A stretch of 59,914 nt of DNA, filler included. It is 5 parts of 5 records of this genome, joined end to end, with 100 filler letters (N's around TTAATTAATTAA, not from the genome) between each part and the next. Parts side by side here need not be neighbours in the genome. Positions count along the whole stretch, not along the records: positions 14,203 to 38,878 come from SRR20825006_2258; positions 38,979 to 43,991 come from SRR20825006_2265; 3 more parts are not named here. One strand, 5' to 3'. A program made the translations under genes and the position numbers. Positions 31,033 through 39,754 of this stretch are shown here, in pieces. Each line of letters starts with the position of its first letter. Within the stretch, counting starts at the first letter, position 1. Under the pieces are notes generated by a model. It saw nothing but the letters and a program-made list of their open reading frames with translations, did not search any database and was not told where the DNA came from.

Positions 31033-31055
31033 GGTACGCGATGAAATCGCGCACC
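31033..31055. repeat. GC-rich hairpin (REP-like or terminator) between convergent genes
   Basis: GGTACGCGAT-GAA-ATCGCGCACC; 10-bp stem with one mismatch; no U-tract. Confidence 0.5.
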
Positions 31056-31127
31056 AATATATATACTAAATACGCCTTTTAAAAGCCCTTGTGTCAAAAG
31101 CCTTAGAACTTTTGGACTATTCCAAAC

Positions 31128-32111
31128 CTATTCTTCTAAGAGTACTTTTCTAATCTGCGTTAGCACTTTTTCATTTTTAATGATATTTAAATGATTGGCG
31201 TTAGGGATGCGTTTGACCTCAGTAAATGCAGCGGCGGGTTCAAAGACTTCCTGAAAACGCTCCGGGTAGAAGCTTTCATCGGCATTGCCTACGAGAACCA
31301 GTGTTGGTGTTTTTAGTTTAATGATATCGTGTTTGTAATGTGTAGGTGCAAAGTTTACCGCCATACGGTAGGAGTAGGAAGCTGCTTGTAAAGGATCTTC
31401 GTAAGCTTTTGGCCGATTGAAAAAGAGCACCGGTTTATCGTTGTATGCTGTAACCCCAATACCATTAAGCATCGCCAGACCCACCCAACGTTTTACGCCT
31501 ACACTTACCCAGCCACCGCTGTTTTGTTTTACCGTAGGAGCATCGTGCCCCAGGTAGGGAGCGAGTAAGATAGCTTGATCCACTTGAGGGTGTTTTGCGC
31601 TTGCAAGATACCGCAGGACCAGACCACCACCGGAAGAGTGCCCTGCGAGCACAATCTTCTCAGCTTGCAGTTCGTGCTGTGCATAAAAGAGGAAGTCTTC
31701 CAGATCTTCTTCGAGTTGGCCTATATGATCAATATCAGAGTGCAGTAGTAGATTACGGCCGTGGCCTCTAAGGTCGGGCGTAAGTACCGTAGCCAGATCT
31801 TCTTGTGCAAGCCTGCCGGCTAAGCTTTTCAAATACCTGCTTTCAGAACCACTGCCGTGTAGTAAAAGCAGCACCGTTTTAGAATTTGCAGCATAGCGTC
31901 GGCTGAACAAGGCAGCACCATCACGCATGCTAATCCATTCTTCCTGATGCGCATAGGTCTTTACCGCTACGGTATCTATAGAAGTATAATCGTAATTCTT
32001 GGCGGGTACTTTTTGCGGAATAGGCCAGTTGATCAATACCACTACCGCAATCAGATACAAACAAACATTAACTCCTAAAAATACGAGTAGACGCTTTACT
32101 ATTTTCTTCAT
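31128..32111 (-). CDS. Alpha/beta hydrolase (lysophospholipase-like), N-terminal membrane anchor
   Basis: LLHGSG, DLRGHG, nucleophile GHSSGG; start MKKIVK at 32111. Confidence 0.88.
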   Translation of the reverse strand: MKKIVKRLLVFLGVNVCLYLIAVVVLINWPIPQKVPAKNYDYTSIDTVAVKTYAHQEEWISMRDGAALFSRRYAANSKTVLLLLHGSGSESRYLKSLAGRLAQEDLATVLTPDLRGHGRNLLLHSDIDHIGQLEEDLEDFLFYAQHELQAEKIVLAGHSSGGGLVLRYLASAKHPQVDQAILLAPYLGHDAPTVKQNSGGWVSVGVKRWVGLAMLNGIGVTAYNDKPVLFFNRPKAYEDPLQAASYSYRMAVNFAPTHYKHDIIKLKTPTLVLVGNADESFYPERFQEVFEPAAAFTEVKRIPNANHLNIIKNEKVLTQIRKVLLEE

Positions 32112-32372
32112 TCTTTCCTGTTTTAGAAGTGACGAAGCTAGCACGCGAACCCTGCTCCAGGGAATAAAAGATCCTCAATTGTACAGTGGTTATGCTGAAC
32201 CGTGTTTTTTAGCGCTTCAGAAGGAGTTTACATAATGCCAGCCTTAATCGTTTCGCACGATGGTTCCTCACTGCATTACAAAGTGTACGCTTTTGAGATT
32301 TTTGATATCTTCAGGAAGCTTACAAGAGCTAGACTAGTGGAATAGAAAATTTTATAACACTTAAAACAGTTT

Positions 32373-32380
32373 TACCTTTG
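32373..32380 (+). promoter_or_regulatory. Bacteroidetes -7 element for the AraC gene
   Basis: TACCTTTG matches TAnnTTTG, 22 nt before ATG 32403. Confidence 0.55.
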
Positions 32381-32402
32381 CATTTGCTAAGCTTTGATTC
32401 TG

Positions 32403-33377
32403 ATGAATACATTAAAACCGCAAGAAATAGTTCATCTTGAAACCTTAAAGGATTTCAGAAGGCATTATTTACCTTTTGATAAACGGGTATATTGTGAAGG
32501 AATTCATTCTTCAGAAACAGAACAGTCAACGGGCTTTTTTGAGATCACACGGTTAGAGCAAATGGCGCTTAAGGAAACAGGGGCTTCCGGAATATTAGAA
32601 CGCCGCAAGTTCTACTCGGTGATCGTGCTTACACACGGCGAACTTTGCGCGCAAATAGGGGAACACACCTATGACATAAAATCCCACAGTCTTTATTTTG
32701 TGGCGGCAAATCAATTACACGGAACTCAAAAGTGCTCCCAAGATGCTAAGGGTTATCATCTCATTTTTGACGAAGAATATTATTTGCTGTGCTTGCACAA
32801 CCAGATCAAGTTGAGCAATTTTATATTTTTTATGACAACCAAGAGTCCCATAATGTCATTAAACAAAGGGGCGTGTACAACCATTTTACCGCTTATTGAA
32901 AAGATGGAATTAGACTATTGCAGGCGCAGTACGTTTAAAGATGATCTACTGGTAAAACTCTATCTCAATGTATTCTTGGTTGAGGTTGAGCGGCTGTATG
33001 AGTTTAAGCAGGATCAAGAGACCAAGCCGCAATCTAAAGCGGCGCTATTGGTAGCTCAATTTCAAAATCTGGTAAAACAACACTATTTAAAAGTCCGCCA
33101 AGTGTCGGATTATGCGGCTATGCTTTATGTCACTCCCCATTATTTAAATGATGCTATGAGGGAGCAGACGGGGCATAGTGCCAGCGCGTTTATCAATGCT
33201 CAGCTAAGTACTGCCGCCAAAGCGCTCATTATTCAAACCGATTTAAGCTTTGCAGAAATCGCTGCCCAACTGTTGTTTTCTAATCCCAGTTACTTTGGCA
33301 GGTTCTTCAAGAAACAAACGGGCTTTACCCCGTTGCAATACCGTAAGGGATACCTCAACAATCAGTTGCTTTCTTAG
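32403..33377 (+). CDS. AraC family transcriptional regulator
   Basis: N-terminal cupin; C-terminal double HTH VSDYAAML...EIAAQLLFSNPSYFGRFFKKQTGFTPLQYR. Confidence 0.93.
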   Translation: MNTLKPQEIVHLETLKDFRRHYLPFDKRVYCEGIHSSETEQSTGFFEITRLEQMALKETGASGILERRKFYSVIVLTHGELCAQIGEHTYDIKSHSLYFVAANQLHGTQKCSQDAKGYHLIFDEEYYLLCLHNQIKLSNFIFFMTTKSPIMSLNKGACTTILPLIEKMELDYCRRSTFKDDLLVKLYLNVFLVEVERLYEFKQDQETKPQSKAALLVAQFQNLVKQHYLKVRQVSDYAAMLYVTPHYLNDAMREQTGHSASAFINAQLSTAAKALIIQTDLSFAEIAAQLLFSNPSYFGRFFKKQTGFTPLQYRKGYLNNQLLS

Positions 33378-33454
33378 GCTAACCTAATTCCATTCGTTTT
33401 TAAACGTATCATTATTCCCACGATTTGTGTCATATTTTGAGCCTACCGGCGTGG

Positions 33455-33462
33455 TAGTTTTG
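33455..33462 (+). promoter_or_regulatory. -7 element for the thioredoxin/CMD cluster
   Basis: TAGTTTTG 25 nt upstream of ATG 33488. Confidence 0.5.
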
Positions 33463-33487
33463 TCTTGTAAAACAAAATCAAAATAAG

Positions 33488-33787
33488 ATGACACCTGCTA
33501 CACTATTAGCAAGTACCACTCCGGTACTGCTTCATTTTTACAAGGAAGGTTGCGCTGCAAGCCGATTGATGTCTCGCAGCTTACAACAATTGAATGCAGA
33601 AGAAGACCTTCGGTATCAATTGATCAAAGTGAACTATACCGAAGAAGAAGCTTTTGCAAAAGCGCTTGAGGTAACCGATGCTCCCGAAACCTTACTTGTG
33701 ATGAATGGAGCGATAGTCTATCGGCAGTTTGGTGTTGTGAAAGCAGATGTGCTTCAAGAACAAATAGACATTCATTTAAACTCCTAA
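33488..33787 (+). CDS. Thioredoxin-like protein with monothiol CxxS site
   Basis: PVLLHFYKEGCAASRLM; cis-Pro equivalent DAPET; Trx-sized. Confidence 0.75.
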   Translation: MTPATLLASTTPVLLHFYKEGCAASRLMSRSLQQLNAEEDLRYQLIKVNYTEEEAFAKALEVTDAPETLLVMNGAIVYRQFGVVKADVLQEQIDIHLNS

Positions 33788-33791
33788 AACT

Positions 33792-34109
33792 ATGTCGTAT
33801 ACAGATCGTTTTAAAGACCAAGAAAAACCAACCTTACTTCAATTTTATGCCGACTGGTGTCCGCCGTGTCGTATGCTGAGTCCCATTGTACAAGAACTTT
33901 CGGAAGAATTTGAATCACAATTGCACGTAGAACAAATAAATGTGGATAACCATCAGGATATTGCTGCTGAGTTTGGCGTACGCAGCGTACCGGTGATGTT
34001 TCTTTTAAAAGAAAATAACATTGTTTGGGAGCACGTGGGCTATATGCCAAAAGCACAATTAACGCAAGAATTAGAACAGGTCACAGACCTTCAACTAACC
34101 CAATCTTAA
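33792..34109 (+). CDS. trxA: Thioredoxin
   Basis: FYADWCPPCRML active site; FGVRSVP. Confidence 0.92.
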   Translation: MSYTDRFKDQEKPTLLQFYADWCPPCRMLSPIVQELSEEFESQLHVEQINVDNHQDIAAEFGVRSVPVMFLLKENNIVWEHVGYMPKAQLTQELEQVTDLQLTQS

Positions 34110-34141
34110 CCACTTAAATAATTATAAAAAGCAATTAGATT

Positions 34142-34498
34142 ATGAGTATTAAATTAGATTATAACAAAGGTTTAGCTGAATTAAATGAGGTTTATCCTCA
34201 CTTGATCAACAATGCACCAGATGTTTTTAAAGCCTTTGCGGGTTTGCAAAAAGCAAGTTTAAAAGATAGTGCCCTTGATAGAAAAACCAAAGAGCTTATC
34301 GCGTCTGCACTGGCCATAGCTGCACGTTGTGAGGGTTGTATTACCGTTCACGTTAATGACTGTTTAAAATTAGGGTGTACCCTTGAAGAATTTTCAGAAA
34401 TGGTAGGCGTGGCTATCTTAATGGGAGGAGGACCTTCTCACTTTTACGCAGCAAAGGCCTTACAAGCGTTTGAAACCTTTAAAAAAGCACAAGAATAG
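34142..34498 (+). CDS. Carboxymuconolactone decarboxylase / AhpD-like protein
   Basis: ALDRKTKELIA.ALAIAARCEGCITVH; MGGGP. Confidence 0.92.
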   Translation: MSIKLDYNKGLAELNEVYPHLINNAPDVFKAFAGLQKASLKDSALDRKTKELIASALAIAARCEGCITVHVNDCLKLGCTLEEFSEMVGVAILMGGGPSHFYAAKALQAFETFKKAQE

Positions 34499-34579
34499 TT
34501 TCACCCCAAAATACTTGATGTTTTTAATGGCTCCCAGAGGAGCTTAACACAGGAGTCTTGTTCAAAGCAGGACGCTATT

Positions 34580-34613
34580 AAAAAAGAGGATGGCTTTTGG
34601 CGATCCTCTTTTT
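34580..34613. terminator. Bidirectional terminator between CMD and RDD genes
   Basis: AAAAAAGAGGAT...ATCCTCTTTTT. Confidence 0.75.
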
Positions 34614-34661
34614 GATTTTAAAATATGTTCATTTCACTAGGCACGTATATCTGAATACGTA

Positions 34662-35120
34662 TCATTCACTAACCCTAGCAGGCTTTTCCAGCGAACTCAT
34701 TTTAACCACTATAGTCTTAGCCCAAAGATCTCCAAAGCGTTGACATTTTTCAGTTCGTTTCAACAAGAGTATGGCAGGCAATCCTAAAAAAGACATATCA
34801 ACCAGATCTAAGAAATGCCTTTTAAAGGACTCTGAAAAGCTGAGCTTGCGATTACGACCATTTTGAGGAATAGCTTTTAAACCTACAATGGAGTTGCCTA
34901 AAGTACCGCCCAATCCACTTTCTAAGCCAACGGTCATCAACAACCAAAACGCTATAGGAATAAGTATAGGAAGCCCCGTGATGCTATAACCACCCATCGT
35001 CGTAGGTGTACCAAAACTCATCAAAAAAACATAGATAATTGTGTAGATGAGACCATAATCAATAAGCGCTGCCAGAATGCGTCTGCCAATATGAGGTTGG
35101 TGATTAAATTTTTGTTGCAT
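34662..35120 (-). CDS. RDD family membrane protein
   Basis: GRRILAALIDY, GTLGNSIVGLK, QRFGDLWAKTIVV. Confidence 0.88.
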   Translation of the reverse strand: MQQKFNHQPHIGRRILAALIDYGLIYTIIYVFLMSFGTPTTMGGYSITGLPILIPIAFWLLMTVGLESGLGGTLGNSIVGLKAIPQNGRNRKLSFSESFKRHFLDLVDMSFLGLPAILLLKRTEKCQRFGDLWAKTIVVKMSSLEKPARVSE

Positions 35121-35158
35121 TTTATTTGAATATTAATTGCTATCGCCAAACAGTGGTT

Positions 35159-35497
35159 TTAAAATGTTGTCTCCGTAGGTTCCTCAGCCCCCAATTCTCC
35201 AACACCCAATTGGGCAGCCTTGCTTTCCCAGTTTCGTTTAAAATAGTAATACAATAAATACGTGCCGGCAATACCAAAAGGAAGCAGCATCAAACCGAAT
35301 AAAAACTCATTGATAGTATCTACGGCACCCGGCCAGATCAGCTCTATAAAGATACCCATCAAGAAACCTGAAACTACTGCACACGCATAATACGTAACGA
35401 TTCCCAGAATCGCATATCCCCATTTGCTTTTACCGTGCGCTTCTGCGAGTTTATAATAGTATTTTCCGATCCAGTAAAGTAGTAGTATTCCTAGCAT
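35159..35497 (-). CDS. Hypothetical membrane protein
   Basis: 112 aa, hydrophobic; YYKLAEAHGKSKWGYAILG. Confidence 0.75.
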   Translation of the reverse strand: MLGILLLYWIGKYYYKLAEAHGKSKWGYAILGIVTYYACAVVSGFLMGIFIELIWPGAVDTINEFLFGLMLLPFGIAGTYLLYYYFKRNWESKAAQLGVGELGAEEPTETTF

Positions 35498-35572
35498 TAT
35501 TGTAGAAGTTTAAATATGGTGGCGGAGTCTTTTGTGTTCATTATTCAAAGTAACTATAGCACTATCTTAAGT

Positions 35573-36460
35573 TTATTTGAGCGTTTCAAGTTCTTGTAAA
35601 TGTTGGTCTAGTTCTAGCCATTTATCTTTATTTGCGCTGCTACTAAAAAAGCTGATATTTTGATTTTTGTCAATCACCAGGTTTTTAGGGTAAGAATTTC
35701 CAAAGAGTATCTTATCATTTTTAGAAATGAAAGTCATCGTGTAGGCAAAGTCTTTGGTCTCTAAAAAGGAGCTGACCTTTTCCTTAGAATCATCGGTAAT
35801 CGCTACAAACATCACCTTTTTACCTGTATACTTCTTGGCTAGACTATCGAGTCCGGGTATTTCTTCTTTACACGGAGCACAACGTGTATGCCACCAATTC
35901 AATACAAGCGTGTGGTCGCTATAATCCTTTAAGCGGAAGGGCGCCCTATTTATATCGGTAAGTTCGATATCAGGTAATGCATTCCCTTTAGCAAGGGGAT
36001 GGTCTATAGTCATCACCGTTATGGAGTCGGTTAAAGTAGTTTGATTGACCCACGAGTAGGTGATCTGCTTCTTTAGCGTGTCTAATGCTTTGATGCGGAA
36101 TGAAATTAGGCTCTTAGAATCATTAAACGGAATATCAATATCATTTTCCAGTTGGTTTTCCGGATCTTGTACAAACTTGGCAGCGCTTAAATGGTTTATT
36201 TGGTTGTTTATAGCTAGTGCAACATAATTACCCAATCTTGCTTTTTTCTCAAAATATCCTGCATATACGGTAAGCGAATCATTATACCCTTCCAAAACCG
36301 CATAGCTCTTTATATTAAACGGTAGTGATGTTGCATACGGTTGTAAGACCTCTGGGATTCCCTGCTGAAAGCTTGCCGTTTTATACGTGTGCTGTTGTTC
36401 TTGCTGACAGCTGGAGAACAGGGAAATTGTAAGTATGAAAAGAAAAAGATGCTTTAGCAT
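35573..36460 (-). CDS. TlpA/ResA-like thiol-disulfide oxidoreductase lipoprotein
   Basis: Lipobox FSSC; C-terminal LVLNWWHTRCAPCKEEIPGL...YPKNLVIDK. Confidence 0.85.
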   Translation of the reverse strand: MLKHLFLFILTISLFSSCQQEQQHTYKTASFQQGIPEVLQPYATSLPFNIKSYAVLEGYNDSLTVYAGYFEKKARLGNYVALAINNQINHLSAAKFVQDPENQLENDIDIPFNDSKSLISFRIKALDTLKKQITYSWVNQTTLTDSITVMTIDHPLAKGNALPDIELTDINRAPFRLKDYSDHTLVLNWWHTRCAPCKEEIPGLDSLAKKYTGKKVMFVAITDDSKEKVSSFLETKDFAYTMTFISKNDKILFGNSYPKNLVIDKNQNISFFSSSANKDKWLELDQHLQELETLK

Positions 36461-36475
36461 TTAGTGAAAATTTAG

Positions 36476-36594
36476 TTCTGCTAATGATTTAATTGGATAA
36501 CTGATTTTACAAGTATATATAAAATTGGTTTTCTAAAGTAATATGAATTGAAGGCGAGTAGAGGCAAGGGTTTGAAAACTATGGTTGTTACTCA
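36476..36594 (-). repeat. Degenerate attC-like intergenic repeat
   Basis: Shares ordered blocks with 38770-38878 (TCTG(G)CTAA, TTT(A/G)CAAGTA, AGGCGAG) and the end block TTGTTA(C/G)TCA with 37891-37900. Confidence 0.5.
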
Positions 36595-36602
36595 TTAAAA
36601 TA

Positions 36603-37703
36603 TCAATAATCTTTTCTAGAACCTTCTATGACTTCTCCTTTTTCATCGTACTCCCAAGACCTTAATAATTTCCCTTGCTCATCCCAATCTTTATAAACGC
36701 CAGTATTTAAACCATTTTCTTTAAACAATTCCGAGCGTAATGTGCCATTCTTGTAGTAATATCTGATATGCTCTTTTTTTTGATCAGGAAAATACAAGTG
36801 CTCGTCATTTTTAATTCCGTTTTGGTAATAGGTAATGTTAGAAAGGAGTTCTCCCTGTTCATTAAATATACGTTGAATCCAGAGGCTTGGCTTAGCCAGG
36901 ATGCTCTTGGCTTCTTCCATAGCTACGTTGTTTAGGCCTGAATATATTTTTAAACTCATATAAGACGTGTCGATTTCGTGCCAGATCAGCGTGGTGTCAA
37001 CAGGAATATTATTTTTAAACGTTTCAGTTTTGGTCAGCTGCTCTTTATCAGAATACCATTTAAATTTTCCGGTTTTTGCGCCATTGCTATACTGTTGAAT
37101 GCTTTGAAGCGTTTCATTAGGATAATATAACAACCGCTTACCGTTTAGAACACCATTTTCATAATACTCTTCCACTTGTTTGCTTCCATTAGGATAATAC
37201 ACAATGTGCGCTCCTTCGTAGGTAGGTTGGTTTATTTTTTTATCAAAAACCTGTTGTAGTTTTTTCTTTAAAGTGGGCTGATTAGGGTACTTCAGATCCT
37301 CAAAGCCATTGGCTCGTTTGATTCTTTTTGAACGTGTACAATACCCTGTAATTAGCTTTTTTTTATGTTCATCATAATACCCGAAAATGATCCATTCTTC
37401 ATCAGCACGTTCAACCAGATCGCAAGAGGTCCAACCTTCAAGAGATGGATGAGAACCTGAGACAAGGATCTCTTTTATTGGTGCACCTTTAAAAAGTTCT
37501 AAAAGTTCAAAGTTCATTTTATGAATAGGCCATTCTTCATCAATACCGGTTGCGGCTTCTACACCCTTAACCTTTACGTGAGCTATAAAGCGATATTCTT
37601 CTAGATCTTCTTGCGTTTGGAAGTCAGGTTCATAGGCGCAACTACAGGCAAGCATTTTAGCCCAACAAATAATTAAGAAGGTAAATGTTAGTTTTAATTT
37701 CAT
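36603..37703 (-). CDS. Secreted protein: N-terminal CxC (TIMP/NTR-like) domain plus MORN-variant (YwqK-like) repeats
   Basis: Signal peptide then ACSC; repeats YYPNGSKQ..YYENGVLNG, YSNGAKTGKFKWY, YYKNGTLRS, WDEQGKL. Confidence 0.8.
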   Translation of the reverse strand: MKLKLTFTFLIICWAKMLACSCAYEPDFQTQEDLEEYRFIAHVKVKGVEAATGIDEEWPIHKMNFELLELFKGAPIKEILVSGSHPSLEGWTSCDLVERADEEWIIFGYYDEHKKKLITGYCTRSKRIKRANGFEDLKYPNQPTLKKKLQQVFDKKINQPTYEGAHIVYYPNGSKQVEEYYENGVLNGKRLLYYPNETLQSIQQYSNGAKTGKFKWYSDKEQLTKTETFKNNIPVDTTLIWHEIDTSYMSLKIYSGLNNVAMEEAKSILAKPSLWIQRIFNEQGELLSNITYYQNGIKNDEHLYFPDQKKEHIRYYYKNGTLRSELFKENGLNTGVYKDWDEQGKLLRSWEYDEKGEVIEGSRKDY

Positions 37704-37709
37704 AGATTT

Positions 37710-37823
37710 TTAGTATTGTGTAGCATCTTCTTTTGAAAGCCCTAAAGCGATCTTGTCTCTAAAATCATCTTTAACCTCAAGAGCAAGATCATCTGAAAAT
37801 AGTGCCGGTCCCCAAGTGCCCAT
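37710..37823 (-). pseudogene. Truncated 37-codon fragment resembling a DUF4259-like N-terminus
   Basis: Manual translation MGTWGPALFSDDLALEVKDDFRDKIALGLSKEDATQY*. Confidence 0.55.
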
Positions 37824-37880
37824 AGTTTGTGTTTTGATATAAGTATTTATTCACTTTAAAGAATTAAACTAGGGCTTTTC

Positions 37881-37903
37881 ATAGGATACATTGTTAGTCA
37901 CAG
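37881..37903 (-). repeat. Partial attC-like site immediately after the hydrolase stop codon
   Basis: Minus strand TAA-CTGTGACTAACAATGTATCC; GACTAAC resembles the RYYYAAC inverse core. Confidence 0.5.
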
Positions 37904-38755
37904 TTATTTTCTTCTTTTGTAGTCAAATTTTTCTGATAGAAATCTGTTTACTATTTCATTAAATATTTTTGGATTGTTTCTCGGAGCTCCGTGATTAATC
38001 CCAGGCATTATACAAAGTTGTCCTCTGGGAATATTGTTAAAAATTTCAACAGCGTGTTCATTTTTAATTATATCTCTATCTCCAACCATAATTAAAACAG
38101 AGGCGTTAATTTTCTTTAAATCAGAATGACTAATATTAGGTTGATTTAATAAAAGTCCGTCTAATTGTAATTCCATTTTCCAATCTTGAGATGTGTCTCC
38201 TTCTTTAATCATTTCCAATGCTTTGGCTTGCATTTTTCTAACTTTTTTAGGAGCCCAGCTGTTCACTGCTGTAGTGTCAGGTCTCAAATTGGTTCCCATT
38301 GCTACTATTTTCTTAATTTTAGTTTTGTTGCTAATGCCCATTTTTAATCCGATAATTCCGCCATCACTCCAACCAAGTATGTTTATTGAATCTAATTGTA
38401 AATGTTTTACAAGGCCTTCCCAATCTTTTGTAATTTGAGTATAAGTTAGAGAATCGGTTTTTAATTCTGATTTTCCTTGACCTCTACTGTCGGCAGCAAT
38501 TACTCGATATTTATCTTTGAAATAATCAATCTGATAATCCATTGACTTAATGTCAGCTCCACAACCGTGAATAATTAATAAGGGTTCGCCTTTCCCGTAT
38601 TCTTCATAGTAAATTTTAGCGCCATTTATCTCGACATATTTTCCAATAGTTTTATTATTTCCATAATCAATATCGAATTTATTTTGCGCATTGGTAATGC
38701 TAAATTGTATTGTTAAAAGAAAGAAAATAATCTTATGAATGGTCGAATTTCTCAT
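37904..38755 (-). CDS. Secreted alpha/beta hydrolase; AT-rich, cassette-like
   Basis: Signal peptide; GEPLLIIHG, DSRGQG, GWSDGG nucleophile, GDRD, His in GINHG. Confidence 0.9.
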   Translation of the reverse strand: MRNSTIHKIIFFLLTIQFSITNAQNKFDIDYGNNKTIGKYVEINGAKIYYEEYGKGEPLLIIHGCGADIKSMDYQIDYFKDKYRVIAADSRGQGKSELKTDSLTYTQITKDWEGLVKHLQLDSINILGWSDGGIIGLKMGISNKTKIKKIVAMGTNLRPDTTAVNSWAPKKVRKMQAKALEMIKEGDTSQDWKMELQLDGLLLNQPNISHSDLKKINASVLIMVGDRDIIKNEHAVEIFNNIPRGQLCIMPGINHGAPRNNPKIFNEIVNRFLSEKFDYKRRK

Positions 38756-38769
38756 CGTAGGATTTTAAT

Positions 38770-38878
38770 TCTGGCTAACGGTCTCAGCTATGTGTCGCTG
38801 CATGGGTTAGTTATAAGCTTTGCAAGTACAAAATAGCCTAAAAATCCTCGAGGATTTTCAGAAGTAGGCGAGAACAAG
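38770..38878 (-). repeat. attC-like repeat element, truncated by contig end
   Basis: Minus-strand core GTTAGCC about 17 nt before the ATG; internal perfect palindrome AAAATCCTCGAGGATTTT (38841-38858); contig breaks inside it. Confidence 0.6.
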
Positions 38879-38978
38879 NNNNNNNNNNNNNNNNNNNNNN
38901 NNNNNNNNNNNNNNNNNNNNNNTTAATTAATTAANNNNNNNNNNNNNNNNNNNNNNNNNNNNNNNNNNNNNNNNNNNN
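38879..38978. other. Artificial contig linker
   Basis: N44-TTAATTAATTAA-N44. Confidence 0.99.
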
Positions 38979-39003
38979 GCTCTACCAACTGAGCTACGCC
39001 AGC
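38979..39003 (-). tRNA. 5' fragment of a tRNA (probably tRNA-Thr of the tuf-linked cluster)
   Basis: Minus strand GCTGGCGTAGCTCAGTTGGTAGAGC = acceptor stem plus D-arm; the anticodon is not visible, so identity is inferred from birA-coaX synteny. Confidence 0.8.
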
Positions 39004-39018
39004 TCACAAGGGTTGCGA

Positions 39019-39047
39019 ATTCTATAGAAAGGCATGGGGGGACGCAA
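39019..39047 (-). promoter_or_regulatory. Sigma70 promoter of the tRNA cluster
   Basis: Minus strand TTGCGT-17 nt-TAGAAT, 15 nt upstream of the tRNA. Confidence 0.75.
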
Positions 39048-39086
39048 TCCACTTAGGCATCAAACGCCTAATAATTGCGCACCCAA

Positions 39087-39737
39087 TCAATAACAGGAAA
39101 CCTTGTCGATACCAAGCGACTGATTTCCCTCAAGAAACACCTTCAGGTCGGTGTTATCTTCTGGCTTCGAGTTCGACAGATAGACCCAATATTCGGTCAC
39201 ATCTCGGGCCGTTTCACGCACAAACGCCGGATAGCCCGCATTTTGCATCTTCAACCGAAGCCCCTCTGCGGATTCAGCACTGGAGAAATAGCCCAGAGAA
39301 ATCGCATTAGCGTCCTCGCCTTCCTTGACTACAAAACTGTCAACACCATGGTCTTGCAGCTCTCGGAGCACACGCAGCGCACGCTCTCTGTCTTCATAGG
39401 GGGGCAGATACACCCAGTTAAGGCGATCCTTCTGCACACTCAATCCCCGCACACGGCCCGGCAGCCCAATGGCTTTGAGCTGTACCGCACCCGCTTCTGC
39501 CTGCTCACGGCTTTCCCATGGCCCAATCACCGGGCACAAGCTGCCGCCGGGCACGCTCGCCGCCGGCACACTTTGCGGCTGGGGGCTATCTGAGAGCAGC
39601 CGCAAACGCTCGCCACCGGCAGCCGCCTGGGAGACTGGCAAACGCAGAGAAGGAGACTCCGGAGCCAGCGACTTGGTCAACTGAAAGCCCACGTAGACCA
39701 AATTTATCACCAGCAAACTGTAGAATATCCACCGCAC
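39087..39737 (-). CDS. SPOR-domain protein
   Basis: N-terminal TM (MRWIFYSLLVINL); WVYLPP, NAISLGYFS; usual position after coaX. Confidence 0.8.
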   Translation of the reverse strand: MRWIFYSLLVINLVYVGFQLTKSLAPESPSLRLPVSQAAAGGERLRLLSDSPQPQSVPAASVPGGSLCPVIGPWESREQAEAGAVQLKAIGLPGRVRGLSVQKDRLNWVYLPPYEDRERALRVLRELQDHGVDSFVVKEGEDANAISLGYFSSAESAEGLRLKMQNAGYPAFVRETARDVTEYWVYLSNSKPEDNTDLKVFLEGNQSLGIDKVSCY

Positions 39738-39754
39738 AGGTGTTCCCCCATCAT

